DNA from: Ferroacidibacillus organovorans
GTDB taxonomy: Bacteria; Bacillota; Bacilli; Alicyclobacillales; SLC66
Assembly (NCBI RefSeq): GCF_001642725.1
Contig: NZ_LSUQ01000015.1
Location: forward strand, 1-54,191
Direction: 5' to 3'
Length of the DNA: 54,191 nucleotides
The notes beneath the pieces were generated by a model, which did no database searches, had not been told where the DNA came from, and saw nothing but the letters and a program-made list of their open reading frames with translations. This document shows positions 31,291 to 42,420 of this stretch, one piece after another. Within the stretch, counting starts at the first letter, position 1; each line of letters starts with the position of its first letter. Position numbers and translations under genes: made by a program.

Positions 31291-31556
31291 TTTCGAAACC
31301 ATCGACTGGAACGACTTTTAAAGGAGATTGGACGCATGCAACTGTTCATTTTGGATGAGTGGGGCTCCGTAATCACGGACGACCAGATGGCGGCAGCGAT
31401 GATTGACCGTGTGGTCCATCATGGGCACCTGTTAAATTTCGGAGGAGTGAGTTACCACATGAAGGACGCGCTGATGAAACAGCGCTAAAAATTCCCTGTC
31501 AGGGGCATGGAGAATTACCAATGACAATAACGGGTATTTTAGCTTGACAAAATACA
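31291..31556 (+). pseudogene. istB: IS21-family istB remnant with internal deletion, plus IS21 terminal repeat region
   Basis: RLERLLKEIGRMQLFILDEWG joined to SVITDDQMAAAMIDRVVHHGHLLNFGGVSYH (stop 31488); end ...TTGACAAAATACA. Confidence 0.8.
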
Positions 31557-31920
31557 CAACCGCAGCATCGGTTCTCAATCGGGAAAGATGCGCATGACTC
31601 GCTCACGACGGCGAATTAAATTCTCTCGTTTAACCGCTCTACATTGTTCGTCGTTCGCAACTTCCGACCCAAAGTTGCGGGTAATGCCAAGACCGCAATC
31701 GCATCCTAAATCCTTCTTCCAACACTTTGATCATCTTGAAAAAGGGACTGCAATAGATCGAGATTTATCGTAAACTATGGTTGAGACCAATGGATTCTTC
31801 TTCTGTGAATAAGTGCTTGACACAACTATTCTACCAGAGGAAATCGAATGGCTCATCTTATTTAATAGAGTCTCGACAGCCTCGAGTTTGCGCACTTTTA
31901 CACATAATACCGGACATAAT
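31557..31920 (-). mobile_element. Internally deleted, degenerate IS256-family element
   Basis: IS256-like end GTCCGGTATTATGTGTAAAAGT on - strand; broken frames give AVLALP..RKLRTTNNVERLNE..IRRRERVMRIFP. Confidence 0.7.
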
Positions 31921-32260
31921 TCTGACGAATAGTATTCTCTACTCACGACGATAACTTTGCAGTACTCCTCACAATAAAGTTGCGTAGTCGCGATGTGGTT
32001 CAGTACAAATTGGACGGTTACGGAAAGCAAGGGTCTTACATCATTTGGGTCAGATGATTTGGGCTTCAGTGTGTGATTTCATGCGAATGTCATTTAACTT
32101 ATTTAAGACAGTGCTCTTTACCATGTATAGCTGCTTGACGTTCCATTCGGGTTTGACGGGCTAGATGATAAACCTGATTCTGTCAAGAAGTTCGAATATA
32201 TACATCAACTTAATTGATATCATCTATGAAACTTCATTTTATTGAGAGGAACATTATGAA

Positions 32261-33697
32261 ATGCGAAAAGCATACGATACATTTTTGCAATCCGAAGTAT
32301 CTGCGGATTTAGCTACCAAAGCTGGTAGTTTTGAACCGTATCGTTATGAGTGCGCACATTGTGGCGAAGAAGTTCGATTTGCTGCGGTGGGAAGCAATAG
32401 TATGGTTCCGCATTTCAGACATCGCAGCGGGAATAGTGATGTTGAATGCGAGTATTATCTTGGGCAGTATCGTGCTTTTAGCACGGATGCACGTTCAAGA
32501 AAAAGCAAAAGCGAAAGAGCCGAATTCTACTTTGATAACAATACAAAGATGTTTTATCTTGGGTTACGGTTAAGTGACGACGAGATTTCCGATTACGAAC
32601 TACGGTCTACTACTTTTGAGTTGAGAACCATGCCACATGCGGCCGCATTCTATTCATTGCGCATCAATGGCAGAAACTTTAGCCCTGATGTTCAGAGAAT
32701 GATACCTATAGAAGAATTTTCATACAACTATTTTTTATCTAATACACTGAATGACGTTAAGCGAAAATACGAGGTTTTCAATAATGCTAGAAATGGTGCA
32801 CCCACTTTTTTTAAGATGCAAATTGGGGATAGAGATTACAGGGCAAAATTGGTTCGCAGTTCTGTTCTCTATACTAACATCCCTTACCTTGTAGTATATC
32901 AGAGTCAGTATTGGGTTCCAGGAAATGTTCACTTGCCGAATGAAATCAACATTGAAAGTTCCTTCAAGTTTGAAACCATGGGCAGAAAATTCTTAGGAAA
33001 GGTTTTGACTATAACTTCGAAAACTGCACAAGTTGATTCATTATTGTTGTCTTGGGGATATCAGTTAGAATTCTCAGAAGAGCTAACACTGTTATGGCCG
33101 CCTTCGCCACTTGTTGACGAATCAATACTCGTTAATGCTGACAGTGCATATCTGTTCTCAACTTTTGAACTGCAAGCGCAGGGTAACATAAATGCTCATT
33201 CGCAGGACCTTAAGAAGATCGCCGACGGCATTTCAAAAGTACCGGTTCGGTCCAGGACGAAGGTGTATAGGAAAAACGCCGAACTGATGATTGAAAAGCG
33301 TGAACAGGCATCGGATTCTTATTCAGCTATTCCTGTGGCGCGTAAAGTTTCAAGAACTTATATTGTGCAGGATGACAGCACTTTTTTATTCAACCGTTCA
33401 GGTGTTTCACACTTAAATAAAGGTATGGCTGTCTTGCTGACCCCAGAAAGCGAAATAAGGCATTTTACATTTGGGTATCTTGATGGGTGCGTTACTCCTT
33501 CAAGTCATGATGCATTGGCAGGAGATCTTTTGCTTCAAGACCTTCTTATGTACTATAAGAGAAAGGAAACCTTTAAATGGGATGACTATGAATCGCTTGA
33601 ACTTAGTCAAACCGCCTTTCAGTACATCGAATCATGCGAAAAATCAGAACTGATAAACTCTGCGGCAAAATGCTTCATCGAGGAGGAGCGTATATGA
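32261..33697 (+). CDS. Defence operon gene 1: N-terminal CoiA-like zinc ribbon protein (DruB-like)
   Basis: YECAHCGEEV...PHFRH..C motif; RBS GAGAGG; first of five coupled genes; DruB assignment is from architecture and position only. Confidence 0.6.
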   Translation: MRKAYDTFLQSEVSADLATKAGSFEPYRYECAHCGEEVRFAAVGSNSMVPHFRHRSGNSDVECEYYLGQYRAFSTDARSRKSKSERAEFYFDNNTKMFYLGLRLSDDEISDYELRSTTFELRTMPHAAAFYSLRINGRNFSPDVQRMIPIEEFSYNYFLSNTLNDVKRKYEVFNNARNGAPTFFKMQIGDRDYRAKLVRSSVLYTNIPYLVVYQSQYWVPGNVHLPNEINIESSFKFETMGRKFLGKVLTITSKTAQVDSLLLSWGYQLEFSEELTLLWPPSPLVDESILVNADSAYLFSTFELQAQGNINAHSQDLKKIADGISKVPVRSRTKVYRKNAELMIEKREQASDSYSAIPVARKVSRTYIVQDDSTFLFNRSGVSHLNKGMAVLLTPESEIRHFTFGYLDGCVTPSSHDALAGDLLLQDLLMYYKRKETFKWDDYESLELSQTAFQYIESCEKSELINSAAKCFIEEERI

Positions 33698-35280
33698 AAT
33701 ACCTTCCTATGATGACAGAAGATGAAATCCGATATGTTTGCTCTGTTTTACCGCTTCGAGAGTCGGTGTTGTACTTCAAGCGCTATCCGAAAGATTTTGG
33801 AAAGGTCATGCCTGGTTTCAGGGCTACAAGCCTGAAGAGCCAAGAACAAGTTAGTGGCGTTTTGTTTAGAAGCCGCAATCAGCACTTTATCTCGTCGTTC
33901 ATAGAAAAACACATCATCCAGTGGATTGACGATATAGGCACGTCCATATCTGAAGAAATGGCCGCTGGCGCAAGCAAAGAATCTGCTTGGCTTCAAGTTT
34001 TGCCGCACTGTTTCTTTGTTGACAAGATTGGACTGTATTTTAAGCTGACGGGTGAAGAGCATTCTGAAGAGTTTATCGCAATACTCGGTGCAAGCATAAA
34101 GTTAACCAAGGATTCCGAAAAGGAACGCAAGCGTATGGAGGTTGTCCTCAAAGATAAGTCTTCTGAGGTCAGACGTGTTGAGGCAGAATTTGAGCGCGTT
34201 CAGTCAGAATATAATGAAACAAGAAAAAAACTGAGTGAACGTATTGGTGAAATAGAGGTCCTTAAGCGTACCAGTGCCGGCCTTGAAAATCTGAAAGAGA
34301 CTATCCAGTCCCTAGAACAGGCGATTGAAAGATTGAAGCAGAAAGCGCAAGAGCGTGAGGTCTATATACAAGGGCTAAAGGGTGAGTTGCTTTCTGCGAG
34401 AGACGAGCAACATCATCTTAAAGAGAAAATCAGAGAGAGCATTGAGAAACAACGGGCAAAGGAGTATATCGAGCAAGAGGTCTTTCGAAAACCAAGATGT
34501 CCAAAAGACATTGACGAATTTAAGGATTATTTGGGATATAACCTGCAAGACCTTGGTGTACCAACAGATGCTGACTATTACGTCCTCCTCAAGGATTATC
34601 TGGGTGAGGTATTGTTTCAAGGGAAGCCTGTTATTGTGAGCAGAAACACAGGAATGTCCCTAATGAAATGTGTGTCAAATACACTGATCAATACGACCGA
34701 TGTGCCAACGCTGGTTTTTGCTTCTGATATAACAGAAAGAGCAATTGATTCTTTCTTATCGCGGAGCAAGCGCATTGTTTGCTTGGATAATTTTATTGGA
34801 AATTATAATGAAACGACTCTGATAACAATTAGCGATAGGCATAAAGATAAGGTTATTTTCTTAACTGTCGCCTATGACCGAACGCTCCGCTATGTCCCAA
34901 ATGAGCTAATGAAATATTGTCATTACTTAAATCTTAACCGCATTGAGGAATTTACTGCTAATAAGGAATTGTCAGAGGACCCGTCTATCGTAGATGAAAC
35001 TGAAGTATCTAACGATATATTCACCCCGGATTCACGGTGGTCACAGCTGTTGAGAGAATTGCTTGATGAGTTCGGTATACGTGGTGCTTTGTCTGCATAC
35101 AAAAGCGCTCGTGTTTCTGATGAAATGAGCCTTTCCCGTTTATTGGCTTTTGATGTTCTCCCTTACTGCGTGGATGTTCTTCAGATTGCTCCGTTTAATA
35201 CTTCTGAGCGGTTAGTAAAGTATGCTGGAGATGGAGGCAGATGCTCCCATAAGGATTTGTTCAAGAGGTGGTTTGCGTGA
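33694..35280 (+). CDS. Defence operon gene 2: coiled-coil protein (DruC-like, 528 aa)
   Basis: Long E/K/R-rich heptad region; ATGA overlap and RBS GGAGGAG; possible degenerate NTPase C-terminus. Confidence 0.55.
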   Translation: MKYLPMMTEDEIRYVCSVLPLRESVLYFKRYPKDFGKVMPGFRATSLKSQEQVSGVLFRSRNQHFISSFIEKHIIQWIDDIGTSISEEMAAGASKESAWLQVLPHCFFVDKIGLYFKLTGEEHSEEFIAILGASIKLTKDSEKERKRMEVVLKDKSSEVRRVEAEFERVQSEYNETRKKLSERIGEIEVLKRTSAGLENLKETIQSLEQAIERLKQKAQEREVYIQGLKGELLSARDEQHHLKEKIRESIEKQRAKEYIEQEVFRKPRCPKDIDEFKDYLGYNLQDLGVPTDADYYVLLKDYLGEVLFQGKPVIVSRNTGMSLMKCVSNTLINTTDVPTLVFASDITERAIDSFLSRSKRIVCLDNFIGNYNETTLITISDRHKDKVIFLTVAYDRTLRYVPNELMKYCHYLNLNRIEEFTANKELSEDPSIVDETEVSNDIFTPDSRWSQLLRELLDEFGIRGALSAYKSARVSDEMSLSRLLAFDVLPYCVDVLQIAPFNTSERLVKYAGDGGRCSHKDLFKRWFA

Positions 35281-36296
35281 TGAATGACTTGTTGAGCACG
35301 ATGTCTATTGATATGGGCATCCCACCTTTCCGCAATGAAACCGAAGAGTCCTTTGTTTATAGACTCTGCTACTCAGCGTTAGGGCAATGGTGCCTGACTA
35401 CTGCGCGAAACTCGTTGGGCAATATTATTGGCACAACTAAGCATAATCAGACGATTGTGCTTAATGGCCTATTGGCAAGGTTCACAGAGTTATTCCCTTA
35501 CATTGCTCACAGATTTACTGATATCGGCAAACAGCAAGCAAGTCTTGCTGTCAGCATTCGTAGGGCGTACGAGGAAACAGGGTATTTGCTGACGCATGTC
35601 GATAATCATAATAAAATAGCAGACTTCGGTAGAAGTATTCAAATTGGGGACAAAGCGCTATTCTTTGGATTACCCAATACAACTATAGAGGTCAATGGAC
35701 TTGGGGTCTATGCAAACTCCACGGAGTATTTGGTTGATTTGAAAGACTTTCTGATTAGAGACACTCTAACGAGTGAGGAGTATTTTTGGTCACGGTTTGA
35801 CCCAATTGATTTTTACGAAAGAGACATTAGCTTAACCGATTTAGAATTTTTCAATCCAAAGTCAAATAATGTTCCGTCAATGTCATGGCGCAAGAAGCCG
35901 GAGACGGATTGTACCGTAGCACGAAAAACTGAAACGGGACCGTTCTACCGAATTATGAGAATTGACGATACGTTTCATTTTGCTGATGAACCAGTCGAGC
36001 AGCAAAATGACAGCTTCACCTCGCATGAGTATAGGCGGTTGTACTTCGCGTTGAAAACGCATTACGACAATCCCCTGAAAGCTACAATCACAAAATTTGA
36101 CGAGTTGTACTCGAAAATCCGAGTGGGAGGGCACTTGCCAAACCGCGAATACTACCTGCTGTTGCTTATGTCGTGGCCGGAAAACAACGCCTTCGACAAG
36201 GTGAATTTTATAATAAGAAATGACTTACTGCCACCAGCAATCAACGCACTTGAGAACATGGGCATAAAAATTAAGGGAGGACAAACGAATGAATAA
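35280..36296 (+). CDS. Defence operon gene 3: hypothetical protein (DruD-like, 338 aa)
   Basis: Start overlaps the previous stop; [11 protein letters not shown]-terminal motif; size and position directly before the helicase. Confidence 0.55.
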   Translation: MNDLLSTMSIDMGIPPFRNETEESFVYRLCYSALGQWCLTTARNSLGNIIGTTKHNQTIVLNGLLARFTELFPYIAHRFTDIGKQQASLAVSIRRAYEETGYLLTHVDNHNKIADFGRSIQIGDKALFFGLPNTTIEVNGLGVYANSTEYLVDLKDFLIRDTLTSEEYFWSRFDPIDFYERDISLTDLEFFNPKSNNVPSMSWRKKPETDCTVARKTETGPFYRIMRIDDTFHFADEPVEQQNDSFTSHEYRRLYFALKTHYDNPLKATITKFDELYSKIRVGGHLPNREYYLLLLMSWPENNAFDKVNFIIRNDLLPPAINALENMGIKIKGGQTNE

Positions 36297-39200
36297 TCCT
36301 AGCGGTGTCCGTGAATACTATCAGGCTATTCGAGATAGGCTAAAGAACTACATTAAATCAGATTACTTGGCCAATAGCGAAACACTATTGCTGTATGTCG
36401 ATGACCTACTCGGCGAGTTGAGTTCTGAATCTACGAACATTGCGCGTGAACCATATATTGAAACATCTGCCTCCTACAAGAAAATACAAGATGGTATCAA
36501 AAACTCTTCACGCATTGAGCAAGGAGTTAAAGAGTCTTTGATCAAATTGGTTTCTAACGGACTCGGCATCTTTCCTGACCCCTTTGAGCATCAGGTTATG
36601 TCACTGGAGTGCTTCCTTGCAGGTCGGGACTTGTTTGTTTCGACAGGTACTGGCTCAGGTAAGACCGAGTGCTTTCTCTGGCCAATTATTGCGAAATGTT
36701 TTGATGAAGCTAAGAATCACCCGAAGACTTTCAGGAACGAAGCTGTGCGGACTCTCATAATCTATCCCATGAATGCGCTTGTCTCTGACCAACTGGCTCG
36801 TTTTAGAAAAATCATCGGTAGCACAGAATTTGTGGATATTTTTACGCGAGATACACACGCAACGCGCATACCTCATTTTGGCATGTACACAGGCAGAACG
36901 CCTTACTCTGGAGATATGAAACCGGCAAGTAGTCGAGAACTGGCTAGGACTTTCCGTGACAATTATTTGATCGATGAAACCGCTGATGCAAATAAACAAA
37001 GAAGGCAAGCTAACAACATTGAGGGACTAAAAAGCATTAATAAATACCCAGCCAGATTTGGAGAAGACGGGCTTCGCATTTTTATCGAGAATCTCGAACG
37101 CAACATACACAGGCCGTCACAATACGACGCAGAATTGATTACTCGTTTTGAGATGCAGAATTGTCCACCGGACATCCTGATTACCAACTATTCAATGCTG
37201 GAATATATGCTTATGCGGCAACGCGAAGCTAACATTTGGGACAAAACAAAGGAATGGCTTGACGCTTCACCGGACAACAGACTTCTTATTGTCTTGGATG
37301 AAGCACATATGTACCGTGGTTCTGCCGGTGGAGAAATTGCTCTTCTGCTGGAAAGACTGTTCTATCGATTAGCCATTTCTGCGGAAAGGGTTCAATTTAT
37401 CCTAACGACAGCGAGTATGCCGCAAAACGAGAAAGAATCAATTAATGCTTTCTACACAGGGCTAACAGGGAAAGATTCTGCTTCTAGCGAATTTATCTTC
37501 GGATCAAAAGAACAGATACCAGACGAGCAAGAAGTAAGAACGGATATCGATTCATTGGCTTCGATAGGTTCTGACCAAGCCCAAGGAGATGAAATAACCA
37601 AACGGATTGTCGCTTTTGCGTCGTCCGTGTTCAAAACGGCTTTGCCTTCAGATATAAGTCAAAGCGACGCCAAAGTATGGCTTTATGACAATCTCCCGAA
37701 ATATGAGGCATTTGTTAATCTGAATAAACTCTGCCGTGATGGTGCGAAATCCTACAACGAAATTAGAAATGCACTTTTTGGAAGCGAAGCCAATAGCGGA
37801 AAGGCTCTTGACGCTCTGTTGGCATTAGTTTCGTTGGCTGCAAAAGATGACACTATTCTGTTCCCTGTCAGGCTACATATGTTCCTTCGCGGTTTACAAG
37901 GACTTTACGCTTGCTCCAATCCTAAGTGTACTTCTGCAAAGCACTCAGCGAGTGAGAAACTACCACTTGGAAGAGTAATCTCTATTCCAAAGGCCAAGTG
38001 TGAATGCGGCGGCAGAGTATACGAACTCGTCAACCACATTAAGTGCGGTGCGCTTTATTTCAGAGTTTACGTTCAGAAAAACGAAGGGCGCCCATTCTGG
38101 TATGTTTTCCCGCAACGCGGATTAAGCGGAGATGCCGGCTCGCTTAAAGAAATGTTGCTATATGTGATTCCGGAAAACTATCAAAAGGGGAAGAAAGACA
38201 AGATTGGGGCGCTCGACCCCCTAACGGGTAAGCTGTATTTAACTCCACAAGACGATGAGTCTTTACTTCATGTAGTCTACAACTTCGGGGTATGCCCCAA
38301 ATGCAAAAAGCCGATGCCCTTGAAGAAGCCTGTTGACTTGTCAACAAAGGGCAATATACCGTTTTATAATCTCACAAAGGCTCAGTTTGAACTTCAGTCT
38401 CCAAAATCAGACCTTATCAATCAAGGCAAAAAGGTCTTGTTATTCTCAGACTCGCGCCAGAACGCGGCCAAACTTGCATTAGACCTCTCAAAATCGTCGG
38501 ATGCAGATGCTTTCCGTCAAGCGGTGATGCTTGCGTCGCTGCTGTTGGAAGTGAATGGCAAAGAGCATTCTTTGGCAGACCTGTACCCTGCGTTTTTAGA
38601 TGTTTGTATCCAGTACAACCTTACTTTCTTTAGCGGAAAGAGCAAGGAAAAATTTTCTGACGATAAACGCAAGTTTGGTGCCTCAAAATCACGGGCAGAA
38701 AAACGTGGTCGAGCCGTTGAATATGCATCTCTTTCGTCAGAATACCGCTCTTTGCCCGATGAATATTACGAGCAACTACTTACATTCTTTACAGAAAGTC
38801 CGCGTTCGTTTAAGGATATTGGAATTGGTTTCTTGGCGCCAGTTTCCGCAGTTCTGGATGATTGCTTGTATGACTTAGAAGATGCCGAGATTAGTATTGG
38901 TAATACTATGTTGTATCAGTTACTTGTCCTGATGTTTTGGGATGTTATGGACGACAGTGCCGCCTTGGGAGAGACCATTCAAGATGATGTTCGAAAAGGA
39001 TTGCCTGGGCGGAGCAAAGGCCAGGTTTTTGGTTTGAGTTATGACTTTTCTACTTCCCTAGACAAGGCACTACTTCAGCGCATTCAGGAGTTACTTGCTC
39101 TTGATAACAGTTCAATGGGCAAGATTGTTGAAAAAGTTCGTGACTTGTTTTTTGCTTCATCGTCCACGAATCGGTTTTACATTAAATTGAGCGCAGTGAA

Positions 39201-41475
39201 GATTGAGTTAGCAAGCGCAGATTTTACATGGTACCGTTGCGTCAAATGCGGTAAAATGTCACCGTTCAAGATTGGAAATTACTGTGGTGCTTGTTTTGAT
39301 TCGGTTGACTTGGTTTCCATTGGAAAAAACGAACTTGCCCGTTTCGATTTCTGGCGAATTCCGGTTCTGAACGCACTGAAAAAAATCGAGAGTATTCACA
39401 CCATTGATACTGAGGAACATACTGCGCAGCTTTCCCATAAAGAAATTCGCAGTGACACTTGGAGTCGTACAGAAAAATATGAAATGCGGTTTCAAGACAT
39501 TAACGCAGGCGAAAATGGCGAAGATGCGATTGACGTGCTGAGTTGCACGACGACGATGGAAGTCGGTATTGACATTGGGTCTTTGACCGCTGTTGGGCTT
39601 CGCAATATACCGCCAATGAGGGAAAACTATCAGCAAAGGGCAGGGCGTGCTGGCCGTAAGAATACGGGGATATCCACAATCGTAACCTATGCTTCGGGCG
39701 GTACACACGACAGCCATTATTTCCAGCACCCAGATGAGATGATATCAGGGGCTCCGCGTAAACCGTGGATAGACCGAGACAATCCCAAAATCAAGCAGCG
39801 CCATGTAAATATGTTGGTGCTGAATGGATTTATGTCAACGCAAGATATGAGAAGTCAATTTGATGGCATCGTCGATATAGGAATCATCACATTCTGCGAA
39901 TCATACGGCGAGAACTTTGTTGAATTCGCGGAGCAATTTGCGCGTTGTGATACGGGTTTGCCAACAACCAAAACGATTGAACATTTCCGAGAAATATGCG
40001 GGCTTGTTTTAACAGAAGGCAGGCGTGACGAGTACATTAACGACAACAATGAGACACCGGCGTTTGATATCTTTTACCGAGAGGGTTTTATTCCTTCGTA
40101 TTCATTCCCGAAGAATGTCGTCAAGTTCTTCGTTGAAAAAGAATCTGAAAGAGGAAAGAATGCGCCAAGAGAAATTCAGTATGCTCCCGAGCGTGACATC
40201 GCCGTGGCACTCAGTGAATACGCGCCTGGGCGCTTTGTTACCATTGATAAGAAAATCTTCAAAAGCGGTGGGATTTACGCAAATCCCCGTCCACGTGGGT
40301 TTGAAGGGAATCAGGCTGAGTTTTACTTCAAGAATAATGACTACTACAAAGACATCTTGATCTGCTCCGAGTGCAATTGGTTTGCCTTACAGGAGGAGGC
40401 CCATCGTTCGAAATGTCCGTATTGCGGGTCTGATATTGTAAAAAACAAAATGTTGCGTCCTTGGGGTTTTTCCCCTATGAAAGGCGATGAGGTGAAGTTC
40501 AAGGATGAGGACGAACAGTATACCTACGCCGAAGCGCCGTATTACTCCTATGTGCCTGAAGATACACGGATGGATAGTTTCGGGCAGAGCAAAATACGCT
40601 TTGCCAATCTACCCGATCGAAAGGTATTAACTGTTAATATGGGCACGGGCAAGGACGGCTTCAACGTCTGCAAGAAGTGCGGCGGAGCAGAAGTTGCTGA
40701 CACTAACGGAAATGGCGTCTATTCATTTTCACAGCCTTACCATGATAATCATCCGATTTGTCGGCATGACGGGACGGTTGCCCCTGGTATCTATTTGGGA
40801 TATGAGTTCCTAACAGATATGTTTATGCTCGACATATCCTACGATTCAACAAAACTCGTTGGGAATAGAAGCGCGGAAGAAAAAAGCATTCTCCGTGCTG
40901 CCGTAACTACTCTGCATGAAGCTTTTAAAAAAGCCGTCTCACTTGTCTTGGATATCGATTATAACGAAATTAGCGGAGGTTGGCGTCCGAGAATCAAGAC
41001 TGACGGGAATTCACATATAGAGATGTTCTTCTATGATAATCTGACCAGTGGTGCGGGTTACTCTTCACTGATTGGCTCGATTTTGGACAGAGTTCTTGAG
41101 AGGGCGCGAATTATACTGACGGGCTGTGAGTGCTCATGTTCTTGCAGAAACTGCTTGGACAATTACTGGAATCAGAGACACCATCAGTTATTTGACCGTC
41201 ACCTGGGGTTGCAACTGCTCGACTACGCCCAATATGGGCATTTGCCCGGTGACTATGATATAGCAGAACAGCAAGAATATCTTCGCCCATTGCAGAAACT
41301 GATATACGAAGATTCAGGTTTGCCATCGAACCAATCCATCTCGTTTGAGGTTATTCCTGCAATGCGAAAGAAGCCAGACAACACACGAAGCCAACTTTAT
41401 CTTTATCCATACGATTTATCTGACTGGCTTCCAAATGCGTTTATGACATATAGAAATCTTGTGAACGAGGGGTAG
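36289..41475 (+). CDS. druE: Large DEAD/DEAH-box helicase with C-terminal DUF1998 domain (DruE-like, 1728 aa)
   Basis: [50 protein letters not shown]; several CxxC pairs; [12 protein letters not shown] and [14 protein letters not shown]1998 signature. Confidence 0.8.
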   Translation: MNNPSGVREYYQAIRDRLKNYIKSDYLANSETLLLYVDDLLGELSSESTNIAREPYIETSASYKKIQDGIKNSSRIEQGVKESLIKLVSNGLGIFPDPFEHQVMSLECFLAGRDLFVSTGTGSGKTECFLWPIIAKCFDEAKNHPKTFRNEAVRTLIIYPMNALVSDQLARFRKIIGSTEFVDIFTRDTHATRIPHFGMYTGRTPYSGDMKPASSRELARTFRDNYLIDETADANKQRRQANNIEGLKSINKYPARFGEDGLRIFIENLERNIHRPSQYDAELITRFEMQNCPPDILITNYSMLEYMLMRQREANIWDKTKEWLDASPDNRLLIVLDEAHMYRGSAGGEIALLLERLFYRLAISAERVQFILTTASMPQNEKESINAFYTGLTGKDSASSEFIFGSKEQIPDEQEVRTDIDSLASIGSDQAQGDEITKRIVAFASSVFKTALPSDISQSDAKVWLYDNLPKYEAFVNLNKLCRDGAKSYNEIRNALFGSEANSGKALDALLALVSLAAKDDTILFPVRLHMFLRGLQGLYACSNPKCTSAKHSASEKLPLGRVISIPKAKCECGGRVYELVNHIKCGALYFRVYVQKNEGRPFWYVFPQRGLSGDAGSLKEMLLYVIPENYQKGKKDKIGALDPLTGKLYLTPQDDESLLHVVYNFGVCPKCKKPMPLKKPVDLSTKGNIPFYNLTKAQFELQSPKSDLINQGKKVLLFSDSRQNAAKLALDLSKSSDADAFRQAVMLASLLLEVNGKEHSLADLYPAFLDVCIQYNLTFFSGKSKEKFSDDKRKFGASKSRAEKRGRAVEYASLSSEYRSLPDEYYEQLLTFFTESPRSFKDIGIGFLAPVSAVLDDCLYDLEDAEISIGNTMLYQLLVLMFWDVMDDSAALGETIQDDVRKGLPGRSKGQVFGLSYDFSTSLDKALLQRIQELLALDNSSMGKIVEKVRDLFFASSSTNRFYIKLSAVKIELASADFTWYRCVKCGKMSPFKIGNYCGACFDSVDLVSIGKNELARFDFWRIPVLNALKKIESIHTIDTEEHTAQLSHKEIRSDTWSRTEKYEMRFQDINAGENGEDAIDVLSCTTTMEVGIDIGSLTAVGLRNIPPMRENYQQRAGRAGRKNTGISTIVTYASGGTHDSHYFQHPDEMISGAPRKPWIDRDNPKIKQRHVNMLVLNGFMSTQDMRSQFDGIVDIGIITFCESYGENFVEFAEQFARCDTGLPTTKTIEHFREICGLVLTEGRRDEYINDNNETPAFDIFYREGFIPSYSFPKNVVKFFVEKESERGKNAPREIQYAPERDIAVALSEYAPGRFVTIDKKIFKSGGIYANPRPRGFEGNQAEFYFKNNDYYKDILICSECNWFALQEEAHRSKCPYCGSDIVKNKMLRPWGFSPMKGDEVKFKDEDEQYTYAEAPYYSYVPEDTRMDSFGQSKIRFANLPDRKVLTVNMGTGKDGFNVCKKCGGAEVADTNGNGVYSFSQPYHDNHPICRHDGTVAPGIYLGYEFLTDMFMLDISYDSTKLVGNRSAEEKSILRAAVTTLHEAFKKAVSLVLDIDYNEISGGWRPRIKTDGNSHIEMFFYDNLTSGAGYSSLIGSILDRVLERARIILTGCECSCSCRNCLDNYWNQRHHQLFDRHLGLQLLDYAQYGHLPGDYDIAEQQEYLRPLQKLIYEDSGLPSNQSISFEVIPAMRKKPDNTRSQLYLYPYDLSDWLPNAFMTYRNLVNEG

Positions 41476-41479
41476 TAAT

Positions 41480-42322
41480 ATGGCTAAGTCGCTTTCGCCC
41501 CTTCGTTATCCGGGCGGAAAATCGAAAATCTACGAAAAAGTTAAGAACCTAATCATTGCTAATGGCTATGAAGACAGAACCTATGTCGAGCCTTTTGCCG
41601 GCGGTTTTGGTATAGGGATTGGTTTGCTATGCGAAGGCATAGTGAAGGTGGCCATTCTGAACGATTTCGATGTGCATATTTATCATTTTTGGCACTCCGT
41701 TTTGAATGACACGGAAAACCTCCTTCGCTTGATTACTGATACGCCGATAACGATTGAAGAACGAGAAAGGCAAAAGCTGAATTACAGAGATGTGGACGCA
41801 GACCCTTTGAGCGATGGATTCGCAACGCTATTTTTGAACCGCGTTAATTTTTCCGGAGTTATTAAAGGCGGACCTATTGGGGGTTTGGCTCAAACAGGAA
41901 CCTATAAGGTTGACTGCCGCTTCAACAAAGCAGATATACGTAGTAAAATCGAGACAATCGCCAAGCTTAAAGGGAAAATAAAGCTGTACAACAAAGATGC
42001 TGGTTATCTTATAAGAATGAGTTTGATGAAGATGAAAGCACCGATGTTTCTTAACATTGATCCACCATATGTTGTAAAGGGCAGTCAGCTTTATACAAAT
42101 TTTTTCACTGAAGGAGACCATCTTAACCTTCAGCGAGTTATCATCAGGCACTTGGGTGAAGAGTTCCCTTGGATAATTACTTATGATGTATGCAATTTGG
42201 TCAGGGATTTATACAAGCGATTTCATATGCAAGAATATGGGATTACTCACAACGCCGGAGGTACCGTTCAGGGAAAAGAGATTGTTATTACAAATATCCC
42301 GACGGGCAGATTTGTATGGTGA
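41480..42322 (+). CDS. Dam-family (D12 class) N6-adenine DNA methyltransferase
   Basis: SPLRYPGGKS, YVEPFAGG, LNDFD, FLNRVNFSG, DPPY; starts 4 bp after the helicase stop. Confidence 0.9.
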   Translation: MAKSLSPLRYPGGKSKIYEKVKNLIIANGYEDRTYVEPFAGGFGIGIGLLCEGIVKVAILNDFDVHIYHFWHSVLNDTENLLRLITDTPITIEERERQKLNYRDVDADPLSDGFATLFLNRVNFSGVIKGGPIGGLAQTGTYKVDCRFNKADIRSKIETIAKLKGKIKLYNKDAGYLIRMSLMKMKAPMFLNIDPPYVVKGSQLYTNFFTEGDHLNLQRVIIRHLGEEFPWIITYDVCNLVRDLYKRFHMQEYGITHNAGGTVQGKEIVITNIPTGRFVW

Positions 42323-42420
42323 AGCCAAGCGGAGGAGGTTACGAATGGTAGAAAAGCTGTGATCTATATACGAAACGTTCCTTACCTGTTGCGGCGTGCC
42401 CAAACTGTTTTCGCGCATAC

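Noticed and set aside
31731..32030. 99-aa ORF on the - strand
   Set aside because: Runs across the IS256 terminal repeat and promoter; probably spurious
36289..42322. DISARM assignment (helicase + DUF1998 + methylase)
   Set aside because: DISARM has DrmA and DrmB as separate genes plus a PLD nuclease DrmC; here helicase and DUF1998 are fused and no HKD motif protein was seen
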